Assembly: GCA_958295725.1 (NCBI GenBank)
Contig: OY282368.1
Span: forward strand, 2,882,365-2,946,364
Reading direction: 5' to 3'
DNA from: an uncultured Alphaproteobacteria bacterium
Lineage (GTDB): Bacteria; Pseudomonadota; Alphaproteobacteria; UBA2966
Length of the DNA: 64,000 nucleotides
Below the pieces are notes generated by a model. It saw only the letters and a list, made by a program, of their open reading frames with translations, was not told the origin of the DNA and ran no database searches. A program made the position numbers and the translations under genes. Shown piece by piece: positions 49,042 through 60,648 of the stretch (its first letter is position 1; every line of letters starts with the position of its first letter).

Positions 49042-49884
49042 ATGCCCCGCTACAGATTGATCATCGAATACGACGGGACACCCTTCCACGGCTGGCAACG
49101 CCAAGCCAACGGCCCCTCCGTACAGGAATGTCTGGAAGGCGCGATCAAGCGGTTCTGCGGCGACAACGTCACGTCGCATGCCGCCGGCCGAACCGATGCC
49201 GGCGTGCACGCCCTGGGGCAGGCGGTCCACGTGGACTTGTCGCGCGCCCATTCGGTCGACACGGTGCGGAACGCCGTCAATTTTCACCTCCGGCCGGCTC
49301 CCGTCGCGGTGCTCGACGTCGTACGGGTGGACGAGCGGTTCCACGCGCGCTTTTCGGCGACGGCCCGCCACTACCACTATCGCATATCGGATCGCGCGGC
49401 GCCTCCGACGATCGCGCGGAACCGGGTCTGGCACGTCTCCGTGGCGCTCGACGCGGCCGCCATGCACGAAGCCGCCCAGGCGCTCGTCGGCCGACACGAC
49501 TTCACGACCTTCCGGGCGGCGCGGTGCCAGTCGGCGTCGCCTGTCAAGACCCTCGACCGTCTGCGGGTCGACCGGCGCGGGGAAGAGATCGAAGTGCATG
49601 CGTCCGCGCGGTCGTTCCTGCACCGTCAGGTCCGGGCGATGACGGGCACCCTGAAGCTGGTGGGAGAAGGCAAGTGGCGCGTCGCCGACATTGCCGACGC
49701 CCTGGCAGCGCGAGACCGTTCCCGTGCGGGACCCACGGCACCGGCGCCGGGCCTCTACCTCGTCCGCGTCGATTACGACCGACGGCCCGACCTGTCGGCA
49801 GGGTCAGAGAAACCGCTCGACCCCGAACATGACGACCAGTCCCACCAGAAGGTCGACCGCCACCACGATCAGCGCCATCAGTGA
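49042..49884 (+). CDS. truA: tRNA pseudouridine(38-40) synthase
   Basis: [50 protein letters not shown]. Confidence 0.96.
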   Translation: MPRYRLIIEYDGTPFHGWQRQANGPSVQECLEGAIKRFCGDNVTSHAAGRTDAGVHALGQAVHVDLSRAHSVDTVRNAVNFHLRPAPVAVLDVVRVDERFHARFSATARHYHYRISDRAAPPTIARNRVWHVSVALDAAAMHEAAQALVGRHDFTTFRAARCQSASPVKTLDRLRVDRRGEEIEVHASARSFLHRQVRAMTGTLKLVGEGKWRVADIADALAARDRSRAGPTAPAPGLYLVRVDYDRRPDLSAGSEKPLDPEHDDQSHQKVDRHHDQRHQ

Positions 49885-50364
49885 GGCCACTTGCAGGGCG
49901 GCGCGGGCGATGAACCACTGATAGAAGAGCAAGGCGCCGGTGACCAGCAGGCCCAACAGGCTGATCACCATCGCCGGCAGCAACCCGGATGCATTGAGGA
50001 GGACGAGCGGCAGGGCCACGCCCACCTGCACAACCGCCGACCAGTTGTAGGCGACGATGTAGGCGACGTAGCGGGCACCCAAGGACAACGCCCAGCATAC
50101 CGGGATCATGACGAGCGGGAACGTGATCCATCCGAGGACATAGGTAACCGACTCGACGAGATAGTAGCTTTCGATGCTCGCGCCTTGCGGATCGAACCGC
50201 AGCGCCACGATGAGCGCGAAGGGCGGGGCAACCAGGAAGGCCGCGGTGAACGAACGCCAAAATCCGGGCACGGATGCCGAGAACCATCGCATGGCGGAGG
50301 CATCGAACAGCGCGAGGCGATAGGCGCCGAAGACCGAGTTGAGAATTTCCTGGCCCGTCGGCAT
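49804..50364 (-). CDS. Hypothetical membrane protein
   Basis: [24 protein letters not shown]; about five TM segments; directly downstream of dapE. Confidence 0.75.
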   Translation of the reverse strand: MPTGQEILNSVFGAYRLALFDASAMRWFSASVPGFWRSFTAAFLVAPPFALIVALRFDPQGASIESYYLVESVTYVLGWITFPLVMIPVCWALSLGARYVAYIVAYNWSAVVQVGVALPLVLLNASGLLPAMVISLLGLLVTGALLFYQWFIARAALQVASLMALIVVAVDLLVGLVVMFGVERFL

Positions 50365-50375
50365 GGAGCGGCTCC

Positions 50376-51539
50376 TCAGACGGTGAAGAAGTCTTCGAGA
50401 ACCGCGTTGTAGACCTCCGTCAACTTCGCGAGGTCGGAGACCGCGACGCACTCGTTCGCCTTGTGCATCGTGCGTCCGACGAGACCGAATTCCGCGACTT
50501 CCGCGTGGTCCTTGATGAACCGGGCATCGGAAGTCCCGCCGCCCGTGCCGAGCTCGGGCCTGACGCCGAGCACGCGTTCGACGGCGGCCGCGACGGTCGC
50601 GGAGAACGCGCCCGGCCCAGCCAGGAACGCCTCGCCGCCGACCGAGACCTCCAGCGTGTAGGCACCCCCGGCCACCTCGTCGAACCGTTCCCGCAACCAC
50701 GCCTCGAGCGACGCGCCGGTATGCGCGTCGTTGAACCGAATGTTGAAGATCGCGCGAGCACTGGCCGGAATGACGTTCGCCGCAGGGTTCCCGACGTCCA
50801 CAGACGTGACGGCGATCGTCGATGGCTCGAAATGTTCGTTCCCGTCGTCGAGGGCCGTCTCGGTGAGTATCCGCAGCATGGCGACCAGCCGCGGCACGGG
50901 GTTGTCCGCGAGGTGGGGATAGGCGGCGTGTCCCTGTATACCCTCGACGCTCAGTCGGCCGACCATCGAGCCCCGCCGCCCGATCTTGATCATGTCGCCG
51001 ACATTCTCGGGATTGGTGGGTTCGCCCACGAGACAGACGTCGATGGACTCGCCGTTCTCGACCATCCACCGGAGCACCTTCCTGGTGCCATTGATCGCCG
51101 GGCCCTCCTCGTCCCCGGTTATCAGTACGCAGATCGACCCTCGCCACTCGCGCTCCCCGCCCTTCAGGAACCGCGCCACTGCGGAGACGAAACAGGCGAT
51201 CGCGCCCTTCATGTCGACAGCTCCACGGCCATGCAGGACGCCGTCGCGGACTCCGCCGGAGAACGGGTCGGACCGCCACCGGCTGGCGTCGCCGACCGGC
51301 ACGACATCCGTGTGTCCGGCGAAGCAAAAGGCGGGAGCGCCGTCGCCGAGTCGGGCGTAGAGGTTGTCCACATCGGCCGCGCCGGGCTCGGAAAACGGCA
51401 GACGCCAGCACTTGAATCCCAAGCGTTCCAGTTCCTCCCGCAGGACATCCAGGGCCCCCTCGTCCGCGGGCGTCACGCTCGGGCACCGGATCATGCGGGC
51501 GGCGAACCCGGTCGCGTCGATGTCGAGGGGGAGGGACAT
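50376..51539 (-). CDS. dapE: Succinyl-diaminopimelate desuccinylase
   Basis: [47 protein letters not shown]. Confidence 0.96.
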   Translation of the reverse strand: MSLPLDIDATGFAARMIRCPSVTPADEGALDVLREELERLGFKCWRLPFSEPGAADVDNLYARLGDGAPAFCFAGHTDVVPVGDASRWRSDPFSGGVRDGVLHGRGAVDMKGAIACFVSAVARFLKGGEREWRGSICVLITGDEEGPAINGTRKVLRWMVENGESIDVCLVGEPTNPENVGDMIKIGRRGSMVGRLSVEGIQGHAAYPHLADNPVPRLVAMLRILTETALDDGNEHFEPSTIAVTSVDVGNPAANVIPASARAIFNIRFNDAHTGASLEAWLRERFDEVAGGAYTLEVSVGGEAFLAGPGAFSATVAAAVERVLGVRPELGTGGGTSDARFIKDHAEVAEFGLVGRTMHKANECVAVSDLAKLTEVYNAVLEDFFTV

Positions 51540-51570
51540 GAGTCCGCCGTTCGCGGCCGACGCGCCGCGA

Positions 51571-52422
51571 TCAGTCGCGCAGGAGCTCGTTGATCGACGT
51601 CTTCTCGCGCGTCCGAGCGTCTACGCGCTTGACGATCACGGCGCAATACAGCGACGGACCCGGCGATCCGTCGGCAAGATTCCGGCCGGGCATCGAGCCT
51701 GGCACGACAACGGAATACGCCGGCACCCTACCATAGAAAACCTCGCCGCTGTCCCGATCCAAGATCCGGGTTGAGGCGCCGATATAGACGCCCATGGACA
51801 AGACCGCCCCCTCCTCGACGATCACCCCCTCGGCAACCTCGGAACGGGCGCCGATGAAGCAATTGTCCTCGACGATCACGGGGTCGGCCTGCAACGGTTC
51901 CAGCACGCCGCCGATACCGGCGCCCCCCGAGATATGACAGTTCCTGCCGACTTGGGCGCAACTGCCGACGGTCGCCCAAGTATCCACCATCGTTCCCGAA
52001 TCGACATAGGCGCCGAGATTGACGAAGGAGGGCATGAGGATCACGCCGGGGGCGATGTAGGCCGATTTGCGGACCACGCAATTGGGAACGGCGCGAAACC
52101 CGGCGTCGCGGAACCGGGCCTCGTCCCAACCGGCGAACTTCGAAGGCACCTTGTCGAACCATGGCGTATCCAGGCCCGGTCCACCGGCGATCGACGTCAT
52201 GTCGTAGAGGCGGAAGGACAGCAGGACAGCCATCTTCAGCCACTGGTCGACGATCCACCCTCCATCCGACTTCCGGGCGACGCGCAGGGCGCCGGAATCG
52301 AGGCCGTCCAGGGCCGCCTCGACAGCCTCCCGAACCGGTCCCGAAGTCTCGGGCGAGATTGACTCCCGATCCTCGTAGGCCGCCTCGATCGTCCGCCGGA
52401 GATCGAACGTCTCCATCGCCAT
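51571..52422 (-). CDS. dapD: 2,3,4,5-tetrahydropyridine-2,6-dicarboxylate N-succinyltransferase
   Basis: [48 protein letters not shown]. Confidence 0.97.
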   Translation of the reverse strand: MAMETFDLRRTIEAAYEDRESISPETSGPVREAVEAALDGLDSGALRVARKSDGGWIVDQWLKMAVLLSFRLYDMTSIAGGPGLDTPWFDKVPSKFAGWDEARFRDAGFRAVPNCVVRKSAYIAPGVILMPSFVNLGAYVDSGTMVDTWATVGSCAQVGRNCHISGGAGIGGVLEPLQADPVIVEDNCFIGARSEVAEGVIVEEGAVLSMGVYIGASTRILDRDSGEVFYGRVPAYSVVVPGSMPGRNLADGSPGPSLYCAVIVKRVDARTREKTSINELLRD

Positions 52423-52498
52423 TCCTTTCGCCCGCGCCCGGAGGAGGCCCGAACATAGTAGGGGAGTGCCCCCTGTCAACCGAGCGCGGGAGCGTGTC

Positions 52499-53206
52499 CT
52501 ACGCGGGCACGGCGACGTCGAGCCAGTGGGCGAGATGCTCGGCCACGTAGTGAACGTACCCCTCGTCGTCGGACCGCTCCCATTCCCGGCGTCCCGGAAT
52601 CCACACCGTGGTCATGCCGATGTCCGCCGCCGGCTTGAGGTTGCGCGGGATATCGTCGAAGAACACCGATTTCGTCGGGTCGACCGCGTGCCGTTCCAGC
52701 AACCGATCGTAAGTCTCGACGTGTGGCTTGGGGGCGTAGGCGGCGGCAATGACGTCGAATATCTCCTCGAAATGACCATCGACGCCGAGCCTCCGGATCA
52801 CACGCTCCGCGTGAGCCGATGTCGCGCTGGTGAAGATCAGCTTGCGGCCCGGGAGTCGCGCCAAGACTTCCCTCAGCAGGGGATCCGGATCGACGGGCGA
52901 GAGGTCGATGTCATGCACGTATTCCAGGTAGCCGTCCGGTTCCATGCCGTGAAGGGACATCATGCCCCGCAGGGTGCTGCCGTGGCCGAGATAGAACTCC
53001 TTCTGGCGACGGCGCGCGGTTTCGAGGTCAATGCGGAAGAACGAGGCCACGTACTCGCCGATCCTGCGGTCGATCTGATCGAAGAGCCGGCAGCGCGCGG
53101 GATAGAGCGTGTTGTCGAGGTCGAATATCCAGGTATCGATGTGTCGCAGATCCCGCGGGCGGGCGAACCTGGACTGTCCCCGGGGAGGGGCCGTCGGTTC
53201 CATCAC
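52499..53206 (-). CDS. Pyrimidine 5'-nucleotidase (HAD family)
   Basis: [29 protein letters not shown]. Confidence 0.88.
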   Translation of the reverse strand: MMEPTAPPRGQSRFARPRDLRHIDTWIFDLDNTLYPARCRLFDQIDRRIGEYVASFFRIDLETARRRQKEFYLGHGSTLRGMMSLHGMEPDGYLEYVHDIDLSPVDPDPLLREVLARLPGRKLIFTSATSAHAERVIRRLGVDGHFEEIFDVIAAAYAPKPHVETYDRLLERHAVDPTKSVFFDDIPRNLKPAADIGMTTVWIPGRREWERSDDEGYVHYVAEHLAHWLDVAVPA

Positions 53207-53230
53207 GGAGCGCGCTCCGCCGCGAATGGG

Positions 53231-54139
53231 CTATTCGCCATCGATCTTGGTGCCGATCCCCTGTTCCGTGAAGATCTCGAGCAGGAGCGTATGCGGGATC
53301 CGGCCATCGAGCACGTGAGCGGCGCCGCACCCCGCATTTATCGCGGCCAGACAGGTCTCGATCTTGGGGATCATGCCGCCGGACACCGCTCTCCCCGAGA
53401 CGAGGCGCCTGGCTTGGGCGGGCGTCATCTCGCTGATCAGGTCGCCCCGTTCGTTCAGAACGCCGGGAACGTCCGTCAACACGATCAACTTGCTCGCGCC
53501 GAGCGCGCCGGCGATGGCGCCCGCCGCCGTATCGGCATTGATGTTGAAGGTTTCGCCGTTCCGCCCCGCCCCGATGGGGGCGATAACGGGGATGACGGAG
53601 CTGGCCGCGAGGGAGTCGAGCACGGTACCGTCGATTTCGCTGGGTTCTCCCACGAATCCCAGATCGAGAACGCGCTCGATGTTCGAATCGGGGTCCCGTT
53701 TCCGCCGGCGCAACCGCTTGGCGGTGATGAGCCGGCCGTCTTTTCCGGACAATCCCACCGCCGTGCCGCCGGCCTCGTTGATGGATGCTACGATCTGCTT
53801 GTTGATGGATCCCGACAAAACCATCTCGACGATCTCAACGGTCGCGCCGTCGGTGACGCGCAAGCCGTCGATGAACGAGCTCTTGATCCTGAGACGGTCG
53901 AGCATCGCGCCGATCTGCGGCCCGCCCCCATGGACCACGACGGGATTGATGCCGACCTGCTTGAGCAGCACGATGTCCGACGCGAACGCGCTCCGCAGCG
54001 CGTCGTCGCCCATGGTCGCGCCGCCATATTTGATGACGAAGGTCTGACGGGCGAAACGGTGCATGTAGGGAAGCGCCTCGGTCAACGTCCGGGCGGTGTC
54101 CATGTCGTGCGCCGGCCTGACTTCGCGCTTTCGGCTCAT
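53231..54139 (-). CDS. argB: Acetylglutamate kinase
   Basis: [39 protein letters not shown]. Confidence 0.96.
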   Translation of the reverse strand: MSRKREVRPAHDMDTARTLTEALPYMHRFARQTFVIKYGGATMGDDALRSAFASDIVLLKQVGINPVVVHGGGPQIGAMLDRLRIKSSFIDGLRVTDGATVEIVEMVLSGSINKQIVASINEAGGTAVGLSGKDGRLITAKRLRRRKRDPDSNIERVLDLGFVGEPSEIDGTVLDSLAASSVIPVIAPIGAGRNGETFNINADTAAGAIAGALGASKLIVLTDVPGVLNERGDLISEMTPAQARRLVSGRAVSGGMIPKIETCLAAINAGCGAAHVLDGRIPHTLLLEIFTEQGIGTKIDGE

Positions 54140-54160
54140 GGGCCGCGGGTTATAGAGCAA

Positions 54161-54829
54161 TCAGGCATCGTCCACCAGCGCCGCGATCGCGGACCGGAGC
54201 TCCGGCAGGCCTTCGCCACCGACAGCGCTAGTGAACAGGAGGCCCGGGTGGACCGCCGCGTGGCCGGACAGTCGAGACAGGGTGGTCGTCCGGATCCCGG
54301 GCCGCGCCGACGGTTCAAGCTTGTCCGACTTGGTCATCACGACCTGATAGGACACGGCGACGGAATCGAGCAGCTGCATCACCGGACCGTCGGTAGCTTT
54401 CAGGCCGTGGCGGGCGTCGATCAGCAGGATGGCGCGGAGAAGCGTCGGCCGGCCGGCAAGGTATGAATCGACGAGCCGGGTCCATGTCCGAACTTCTCTC
54501 CTCGGTGCCTTGGCGTACCCGTATCCCGGGAGATCGACGAGCATGACTCGGTCGTTGAGCGCGAAGAAGTTGATCTGGCGCGTTCGACCTGGCGCCGAGG
54601 ACGTGCGGGCGAGGGCCTTGCGATTGAGCAGGGCGTTGATGATGCTCGATTTCCCGACGTTGGACCGTCCGGCGAAAGCGATTTCGGGCGGACCCGATTC
54701 GGGCAACTGGCCGAGTTCGGCGACGCCCGCGACGAACTCGCAGGGTCCCGCGAACAGCAGACGACCGCGCTCCAACGCGTCCGGATCGCGCCAGGCGTCC
54801 TCCGGCGGACACTCCCCCACCGCCGTCAT
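54161..54829 (-). CDS. engB: Ribosome biogenesis GTPase EngB/YihA
   Basis: AGRSNVGKSS, PGRTRQIN, DLPGYGY, TKSDK. Confidence 0.95.
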   Translation of the reverse strand: MTAVGECPPEDAWRDPDALERGRLLFAGPCEFVAGVAELGQLPESGPPEIAFAGRSNVGKSSIINALLNRKALARTSSAPGRTRQINFFALNDRVMLVDLPGYGYAKAPRREVRTWTRLVDSYLAGRPTLLRAILLIDARHGLKATDGPVMQLLDSVAVSYQVVMTKSDKLEPSARPGIRTTTLSRLSGHAAVHPGLLFTSAVGGEGLPELRSAIAALVDDA

Positions 54830-54833
54830 GGCG

Positions 54834-56612
54834 TCAGGTGGGTTGCGTGGGCTGCGCGGGTTGCGCCGACTGCCTGGTAATCCCGGCGCGCTTGTAGATC
54901 ACCCATTGCTGCGCCATTGACAGCACGTTGTTCCATGTCCAATAGATCACGAGACCCGCGGGGAACTGGGCCAGGACGAACGTAAACACGACGGGAAGCG
55001 CCAGAAAGATCTTCGCCTGCATGGGATCGACCGGCTGCGGATTGATCTTCTGTTGCAGAAACATGGAGACACCCATGAGGAGCGGCCAGATCCCGATCTG
55101 CAGAAATATCGGCGGATCCCAGGGAACGAGACCGAACAGATTGAACACGGTCGTGGGGTCGGCCGCGGACAGATCCCGGATCCAGCCATAGAAGGGTGCG
55201 TGACGCATCTCGATGGTAACGAACAGGACCTTGTACAGGGCGAAGAACACGGGAATCTGCATGGCGATCGGCAGGCATCCCGCCATCGGATTGACCTTTT
55301 CCCGGCGATACAGGTCCATCATCTCCCGGTGAAGTCTCTGACGGTCGTCACCGCACTGTTCCCGCATTTTCGTCATCTCGGGCTGCAACTTGCGCATGGC
55401 GTGCATCGCCCGGAACGACTTGTTCGCCAACGGGAAGAACAGGATGCGGATAATCACGGTGAAGACCAGAATGGCCAAGCCGAAGTTCTCCAGCCCCCGA
55501 TTGAGATAGTCGAGGACGAAGAAAATCGGCTTGGTCAGGAAGTAGAACCAGCCGAAGTCCACCGCGAGATCGAACCGTGGAATGCCCCGGGTCTCGGCGT
55601 ACGTGTCCAGCAGGTGCACCTCCTTGGCGCCCGCGAAGAGCTGGCTGGAGACCTCGACCGCGCCTCCGGCGGGAATCACTCGGGGCCCGCCGAGAAAATC
55701 GACTTGGTACCGGTCGGTCCCATCCACCGCCGCGTGATTGAAGCTGGTGTCGATCGGTTCGGACTGGTCGGGGACGAGCGCGGTGAGCCAGTACTTGTCC
55801 GTGATTCCGAGCCAGCCGCCCGTGCTCCGGACCGTCTGCCGGCCGTCGTCCTGCAGATCGTCGTAATCGATCTCCCGCAGTTCGTCGTCGAGGACGCCGA
55901 TGGGACCTTCGTGCAAGATGAAGAATCCGAGCGTGTCCGGCGGGTTCGTGCGCGATATCAGACCGTAGGGGTGCAGCGTGACGGGCGCGGCGCCGCTGTT
56001 CGAGACGCGCTGCGAAACCGAGATCAAATAGTTCTCGTCCACCGATATGGTGCGCCGGAACAGCAGGCCCTGACCGTTGTCCCACTCGAGCGCGATCGGC
56101 GCCCCCGGCACCAGAACGTCGCCATTGGCCCGCCACGGCGTGGTCGTATCGGGTATGGGCACGTTCGTCCCCGCCCCGACGGCCCAGCCGAACTCCACAT
56201 AGTACGAGTTGGGCGCGCCAGCGGGCGACAGCAGCATGATGTACCCGTCATCCGCCTCGATCGTCTCGCGGTAGTCGGAGAGCAAGAGATTGTCGATGCG
56301 CGCGCCTCGCAGCCGGATGGACCCCCTGACACGGCTCGCCTCTATACTCACGCGCGGAGACTCGTCGGTGGTCGCGACCACCCGGCCCGTCATCGGCGCG
56401 GTGGCGGACGCGCCGGGCACCGCGGGCGCGGCTGTCACCGGCCCGGACGCGACGGCCGGCGGCGCCGTTGATCCTGCGTTCGGCACCGCCTGTTCGGCCA
56501 CCGGCGGCGGCGAGAGATCATCGACCGCGGGACGCCGGTACGTCATGTCCCATAACATCAGGATGACGAGCGACAGCACGGCCGCCAGGATCAGATTCTT
56601 ATGTTCCGACAT
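54834..56612 (-). CDS. yidC: Membrane protein insertase YidC
   Basis: GGWLGITDKYW, DFGWFYFLTKP, NPMAGCLP..QIPVFFALY, PAGLVIYW. Confidence 0.97.
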   Translation of the reverse strand: MSEHKNLILAAVLSLVILMLWDMTYRRPAVDDLSPPPVAEQAVPNAGSTAPPAVASGPVTAAPAVPGASATAPMTGRVVATTDESPRVSIEASRVRGSIRLRGARIDNLLLSDYRETIEADDGYIMLLSPAGAPNSYYVEFGWAVGAGTNVPIPDTTTPWRANGDVLVPGAPIALEWDNGQGLLFRRTISVDENYLISVSQRVSNSGAAPVTLHPYGLISRTNPPDTLGFFILHEGPIGVLDDELREIDYDDLQDDGRQTVRSTGGWLGITDKYWLTALVPDQSEPIDTSFNHAAVDGTDRYQVDFLGGPRVIPAGGAVEVSSQLFAGAKEVHLLDTYAETRGIPRFDLAVDFGWFYFLTKPIFFVLDYLNRGLENFGLAILVFTVIIRILFFPLANKSFRAMHAMRKLQPEMTKMREQCGDDRQRLHREMMDLYRREKVNPMAGCLPIAMQIPVFFALYKVLFVTIEMRHAPFYGWIRDLSAADPTTVFNLFGLVPWDPPIFLQIGIWPLLMGVSMFLQQKINPQPVDPMQAKIFLALPVVFTFVLAQFPAGLVIYWTWNNVLSMAQQWVIYKRAGITRQSAQPAQPTQPT

Positions 56613-56903
56613 TCAGGGTCGGCCGCTCTCGTCCGGCGCGAGGGTATCGGAGAGAGATGCCCCGGGAACCGGATCGTATCCGGCGCCTCCCCACGGGTGA
56701 CACCGCAGAATCCGCCGCGCCGCCATGTATCCGCCGCGCAGAGTCCCGAACCGGAGCAGCGACTCCAGGGCATACTCGGAACAACTGGGCGCGAACCGGC
56801 AACTCGGGATTAAAAAGGGCGAGACTCCCCATCGGTAGGCGCGAACCAGCCCCCTCAGGACCACCGCCAGCGGATCGAACGCCAAGTCCCGCGCACGCGC
56901 CAA
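56613..56903 (-). CDS. yidD: Membrane protein insertion efficiency factor YidD
   Basis: CRFAPSCSEY...RILRCHPWG.GYDPVP. Confidence 0.93.
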   Translation of the reverse strand: MARARDLAFDPLAVVLRGLVRAYRWGVSPFLIPSCRFAPSCSEYALESLLRFGTLRGGYMAARRILRCHPWGGAGYDPVPGASLSDTLAPDESGRP

Positions 56904-56904
56904 C

Positions 56905-57291
56905 CTAGTCCGAGCCCCTCGCCACGAAACCGTCCGCGTGCAGCCGGGACAGCGCGGACTCCAGATCGGTCACGAGATCGCGATAGGGCCGGGATACCGT
57001 ATTTCGGCGGCCGATCAGCACATAATCGTAACCGGATCTGCCATGCCGCGCGAGCACTTCCCGGGCGACGGCCCGGAGGCGTCGTTTGACTCTGTTTCTG
57101 ACCACGGCCTTTCCCACCTTCCGGCTTGCGGTAAATCCGACGCGCATCGCCGGGCTCTCTCGCCTCGCGGAGGCACCCGTCGGCATCCGGTCGGCCTGCA
57201 ATATAAAACCGGGCGTCACCCTCTTGCGCCCGCGTCCCGAAATTCTAAGGAAATCCACCCGTCGTTTCAGCCGTGTGAAGCCGGCCGTCAT
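56905..57291 (-). CDS. rnpA: Ribonuclease P protein component
   Basis: RLKRRVDF, RVGFTASRKVGKAVVRNRVKRRLR. Confidence 0.95.
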   Translation of the reverse strand: MTAGFTRLKRRVDFLRISGRGRKRVTPGFILQADRMPTGASARRESPAMRVGFTASRKVGKAVVRNRVKRRLRAVAREVLARHGRSGYDYVLIGRRNTVSRPYRDLVTDLESALSRLHADGFVARGSD

Positions 57292-57296
57292 GGATC

Positions 57297-57431
57297 CTAC
57301 GCGGACAGACGTTTGCGTCGTTTCGACCGTCGTCGCGCGAGGACGGCGCGCCCGCCAACCGACGACATACGCTTGCGAAATCCGTGCCGCCGTTTGCGTA
57401 CGAGATTGCTCGGTTGAAAGGTGCGCTTCAC
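57297..57431 (-). CDS. rpmH: 50S ribosomal protein L34
   Basis: GTG start; [44 protein letters not shown], 44 aa, not in the ORF track. Confidence 0.97.
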   Translation of the reverse strand: MKRTFQPSNLVRKRRHGFRKRMSSVGGRAVLARRRSKRRKRLSA

Positions 57432-57484
57432 TCGACCCGCTCCATGACGCGAAGTCCCTCGGGGGCAACCCCGAACGTGGACGC

Positions 57485-57513
57485 TGTATAAAGTTTCGCC
57501 TCGCTCAAGTCAA
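57485..57513 (-). promoter_or_regulatory. Sigma70 promoter of the rpmH operon (TTGACT-N17-TATACA)
   Basis: Near-consensus -35/-10 with 17-bp spacer about 55 bp upstream of rpmH. Confidence 0.6.
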
Positions 57514-57693
57514 TCGGCAGACGCGGCCGACGCCTCCGCCAAAGCCGCACCGCCGCTCGAGGCCGTCGGTCGCGCCGTCCGCGAAGTCCCGACTTCGACG
57601 ATTCGGTATGGCGGACGGCGTTTCCGTTCCTTAGCCTACTGTCCCGGGCGTCACGCTTCGACGCCGACGCAACGCCTCTCTTCGGAGCATGTC

Positions 57694-59121
57694 ATGGCCA
57701 AAACCCTCGATACAGACCTCTGCGTCATCGGCGGCGGGTCCGGCGGGCTTTCGGTCGCCGCCGCCGCCAGTCAAATGGGCGCGAACACGGTGCTCGTCGA
57801 GAAAGGGAAAATGGGCGGCGACTGTCTGAACTACGGGTGCGTGCCGTCGAAATCCCTGATCGCCGCGGGACGCGCCGCGGACGAGATCCGCCATGCCGAG
57901 AGGTTCGGGATCGAGGCACAGGATCCGGTCGCGGACTTCGCGCGCGTACGCGATCATGTCCGGGACGTGATCGATTCGATCGCGCCGGTCGATTCCGCCG
58001 AGCGATTCCGAGCCCTGGGCGTGGACGTCATCCGCGCGGCCGGTCGGTTCGTATCCCCGCGCGAGGTCGACGCCGACGGCACGCGCATCGTCGCCAAGCG
58101 GTTCGTGATCGCCACCGGCTCCAGCCCGGCGACGCCGCCGATTCCCGGACTGGAAACGGTACCGTACTGGACGAACGAGACCGTATTCGACAACAGCGAC
58201 AAACCGGGACATCTGATCGTGATCGGCGGCGGGCCGATCGGCCTGGAGCTGGCGCAAGCGTTCCGTAATCTGGGGTGCGAGGTGAGCGTGGTGGAGATGT
58301 TCGAGCCCCTGGCCAGGGAAGAGCCCGAACTCGTGAGCATTGTCGTGTCGGCGCTGCGGCGGTCCGGCATCGTCATCCACGACCGGAGCAAGGTGACCTC
58401 GGCCGCCCGGGACAGCGAGGGAATCGCGATCAACATCGAACGGGACGGGCAGATCCGCAACGTCGGCGGCACGCACCTCATCGTGGCGGCGGGCCGCAAA
58501 CCGAACATCTCCGAACTCGGACTGGACGAAGCGGGCATCCGGTATTCGCCGCAGGGCATAGAAGTCGACGCCGGTCTGCGAACGGCGAACCGCCGGGTTT
58601 ACGCCATCGGCGACGTGGCGGGCGGACCGCAGTTCACGCACGTGGCAAACCATCACGCCGGGATCGTGATCAGAAACGCCCTGTTCCGCCTTCCCGCGAA
58701 GGTCGACTACACGAGTATTCCACGGGCCGTCTATACGGATCCCGAACTGGCGCATGTCGGCCTTGACGAGGAAGAAGCCCGGCGGCTGCACGGGAACATA
58801 CGGGTGTTGCGCTGGCCGGTGGCGGAAAACGACCGCGCCCACACCGAGCGACGGCATGACGGGCTGGTCAAGGCGATCACCACCGGACGCGGGCGCGTGC
58901 TCGGCGCCTCCATTGTCGCGGATCACGCCGGCGATCTCATCCAGCCCTGGGTTCTGGCGGTCTCGCGGGGTCTCAAGATCGGGGCGCTCGCGGGAATGGT
59001 GGTGGCTTATCCCACGCTGTCGGAAATGAACAAGCGAGCGGCAGGAAGCTACTACACCCCCACGTTGTTCGGCGGGCGGACCCGGCGGCTGGTGCGATTC
59101 CTGATGCGGCTCCCGGCTTGA
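57694..59121 (+). CDS. Pyridine nucleotide-disulfide oxidoreductase (dihydrolipoyl dehydrogenase/mercuric reductase-like)
   Basis: GGGSGG, GGDCLNYGCVPSK, GGGPIG.E, AIGDV, FTH, YPTLSE; no MerA C-terminal CC. Confidence 0.88.
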   Translation: MAKTLDTDLCVIGGGSGGLSVAAAASQMGANTVLVEKGKMGGDCLNYGCVPSKSLIAAGRAADEIRHAERFGIEAQDPVADFARVRDHVRDVIDSIAPVDSAERFRALGVDVIRAAGRFVSPREVDADGTRIVAKRFVIATGSSPATPPIPGLETVPYWTNETVFDNSDKPGHLIVIGGGPIGLELAQAFRNLGCEVSVVEMFEPLAREEPELVSIVVSALRRSGIVIHDRSKVTSAARDSEGIAINIERDGQIRNVGGTHLIVAAGRKPNISELGLDEAGIRYSPQGIEVDAGLRTANRRVYAIGDVAGGPQFTHVANHHAGIVIRNALFRLPAKVDYTSIPRAVYTDPELAHVGLDEEEARRLHGNIRVLRWPVAENDRAHTERRHDGLVKAITTGRGRVLGASIVADHAGDLIQPWVLAVSRGLKIGALAGMVVAYPTLSEMNKRAAGSYYTPTLFGGRTRRLVRFLMRLPA

Positions 59122-59160
59122 TGGAGTCGCGGAGCGACCGGAACCGGCCACTTCCGTGTG

Positions 59161-60582
59161 ATGGCAGACATGACGGATACGCCTCCGACACAGCCGCCGA
59201 TGACGAGCAGCCTTTCGGCGCGATTGCTCCTGCTCACCATCGCCTTCGTCATGCTCGCCGAGGTGCTGATCTTCGTGCCCTCGATCTCCCGTTTTCGCGC
59301 GGCGTATCTGGAGGAGCGGCTCGCGGCCGCCGAACTCGCGTCGCTGGCGCTCGAAGCGACGCCCGACAAGCTGGTCAGCGAAGATCTGGCGAGGGAACTG
59401 CTGTCGCATGCCCAGGCAAAGGCGGTGATCATAAAGGGACCCACCATGCGGCGACTGGTGCTGGCCGACGACCTGCCCAGGAACGTCGACGCCATGTACG
59501 ACCTCGGCGACGCGATGCCGCACGATCTGATCCGGGACGCGTTCGACGCGCTGCGTCCACGGCCCGACCGCACCATCCACGTGACCGGGCGCTCGCGCAA
59601 GAATCCGGAGCTCGTCATCGAGATCGTGCTCGACGAGGCCCCGCTCGTGGACGCCATGCACGACTACTCCTGGCGCATCGTGAGTCTGTCGGTGGCGATC
59701 TCCCTCATCACCGCGGGCCTGGTCTACGTCGCCCTGCAATGGCTCATGGTCCGGCCCATGAGACGGATCACCCGGAGCATGGTGGAGTTTCACGAGCGTC
59801 CCGAAGACGTCGACGCCACGATCATGCCCTCGACGCGGAAGGACGAAATCGGTCTGGCGCAACGCGAGCTGGCGCTCATGCAGGTCGACCTCAGGGCCTT
59901 GCTTCGGCAGAAGGACCGTCTCGCCACGCTCGGAACCGCGGTGACCAAGATCAGCCACGATCTCAGGAACATTCTGGCCACGGCGCGGCTGATCTCCGAT
60001 CGACTCGCCGACAGCACGGACCCGGAGGTCCGCCGGGCAGCGCCGACACTGGTTCGGGCGATCGACCGCGCCGTCGACCTGTTCAGCAATATCCTGAGTT
60101 TCGTCGGTCATGCCGACGGCAAGATTCATCGACGCAAGTTCGATCTGCGCGATCTTGTGGAGGACGTCGGACTGTCCATGGGCCTGTCGGAGGAAAGCGA
60201 CGTCAAGTGGTTCAACGAGATCGACTCGCCATTCCCGCTGTCGGCGGACCGCGAGCAGGTGTTCCGCGCGCTTCTGAACATCGGACGCAACGCCGTGGAG
60301 GCGATTCAGGGCGAGGACTCGGGCGCCGGGGGACGAGTCGAGATCACGGCGCGCCGGGAGAACGGAATGATCGCGGTCGATGTGACCGATGACGGTCCGG
60401 GGTTGGCCGACGAGCCGCGCGAGAGCCTCTTCCGGGCCTTCGTCAAATCGGAACGCGAAGGCAGTACGGGACTCGGACTCGTCATCGCCCGCGACGTGGC
60501 GTGGGCTCACGGCGGGGACGTGAGGCTCGTGGAGTCGGGTCCCGAAGGGACGCGGTTCCGCGTCGAACTCGCGGAGACATAG
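59161..60582 (+). CDS. Sensor histidine kinase (HAMP), no adjacent response regulator
   Basis: Two TM segments, HAMP, SHDLRN, NIGRNA, DDGPG, GLGLVIA. Confidence 0.88.
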   Translation: MADMTDTPPTQPPMTSSLSARLLLLTIAFVMLAEVLIFVPSISRFRAAYLEERLAAAELASLALEATPDKLVSEDLARELLSHAQAKAVIIKGPTMRRLVLADDLPRNVDAMYDLGDAMPHDLIRDAFDALRPRPDRTIHVTGRSRKNPELVIEIVLDEAPLVDAMHDYSWRIVSLSVAISLITAGLVYVALQWLMVRPMRRITRSMVEFHERPEDVDATIMPSTRKDEIGLAQRELALMQVDLRALLRQKDRLATLGTAVTKISHDLRNILATARLISDRLADSTDPEVRRAAPTLVRAIDRAVDLFSNILSFVGHADGKIHRRKFDLRDLVEDVGLSMGLSEESDVKWFNEIDSPFPLSADREQVFRALLNIGRNAVEAIQGEDSGAGGRVEITARRENGMIAVDVTDDGPGLADEPRESLFRAFVKSEREGSTGLGLVIARDVAWAHGGDVRLVESGPEGTRFRVELAET

Positions 60583-60648
60583 GGCCGGGCGGTATCGGCG
60601 CGCCCGAGAGACCTTCCCCCGGCGGTTGAACAATCACGCGGTCGGCAA

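Noticed and set aside
57432..57693. oriC next to rpmH-rnpA-yidC as in many bacteria
   Set aside because: No dnaA, no DnaA-box cluster and no AT-rich element here.
57694..59121. Mercury resistance (merA)
   Set aside because: No C-terminal Cys-Cys, no N-terminal HMA domain and no mer genes nearby.
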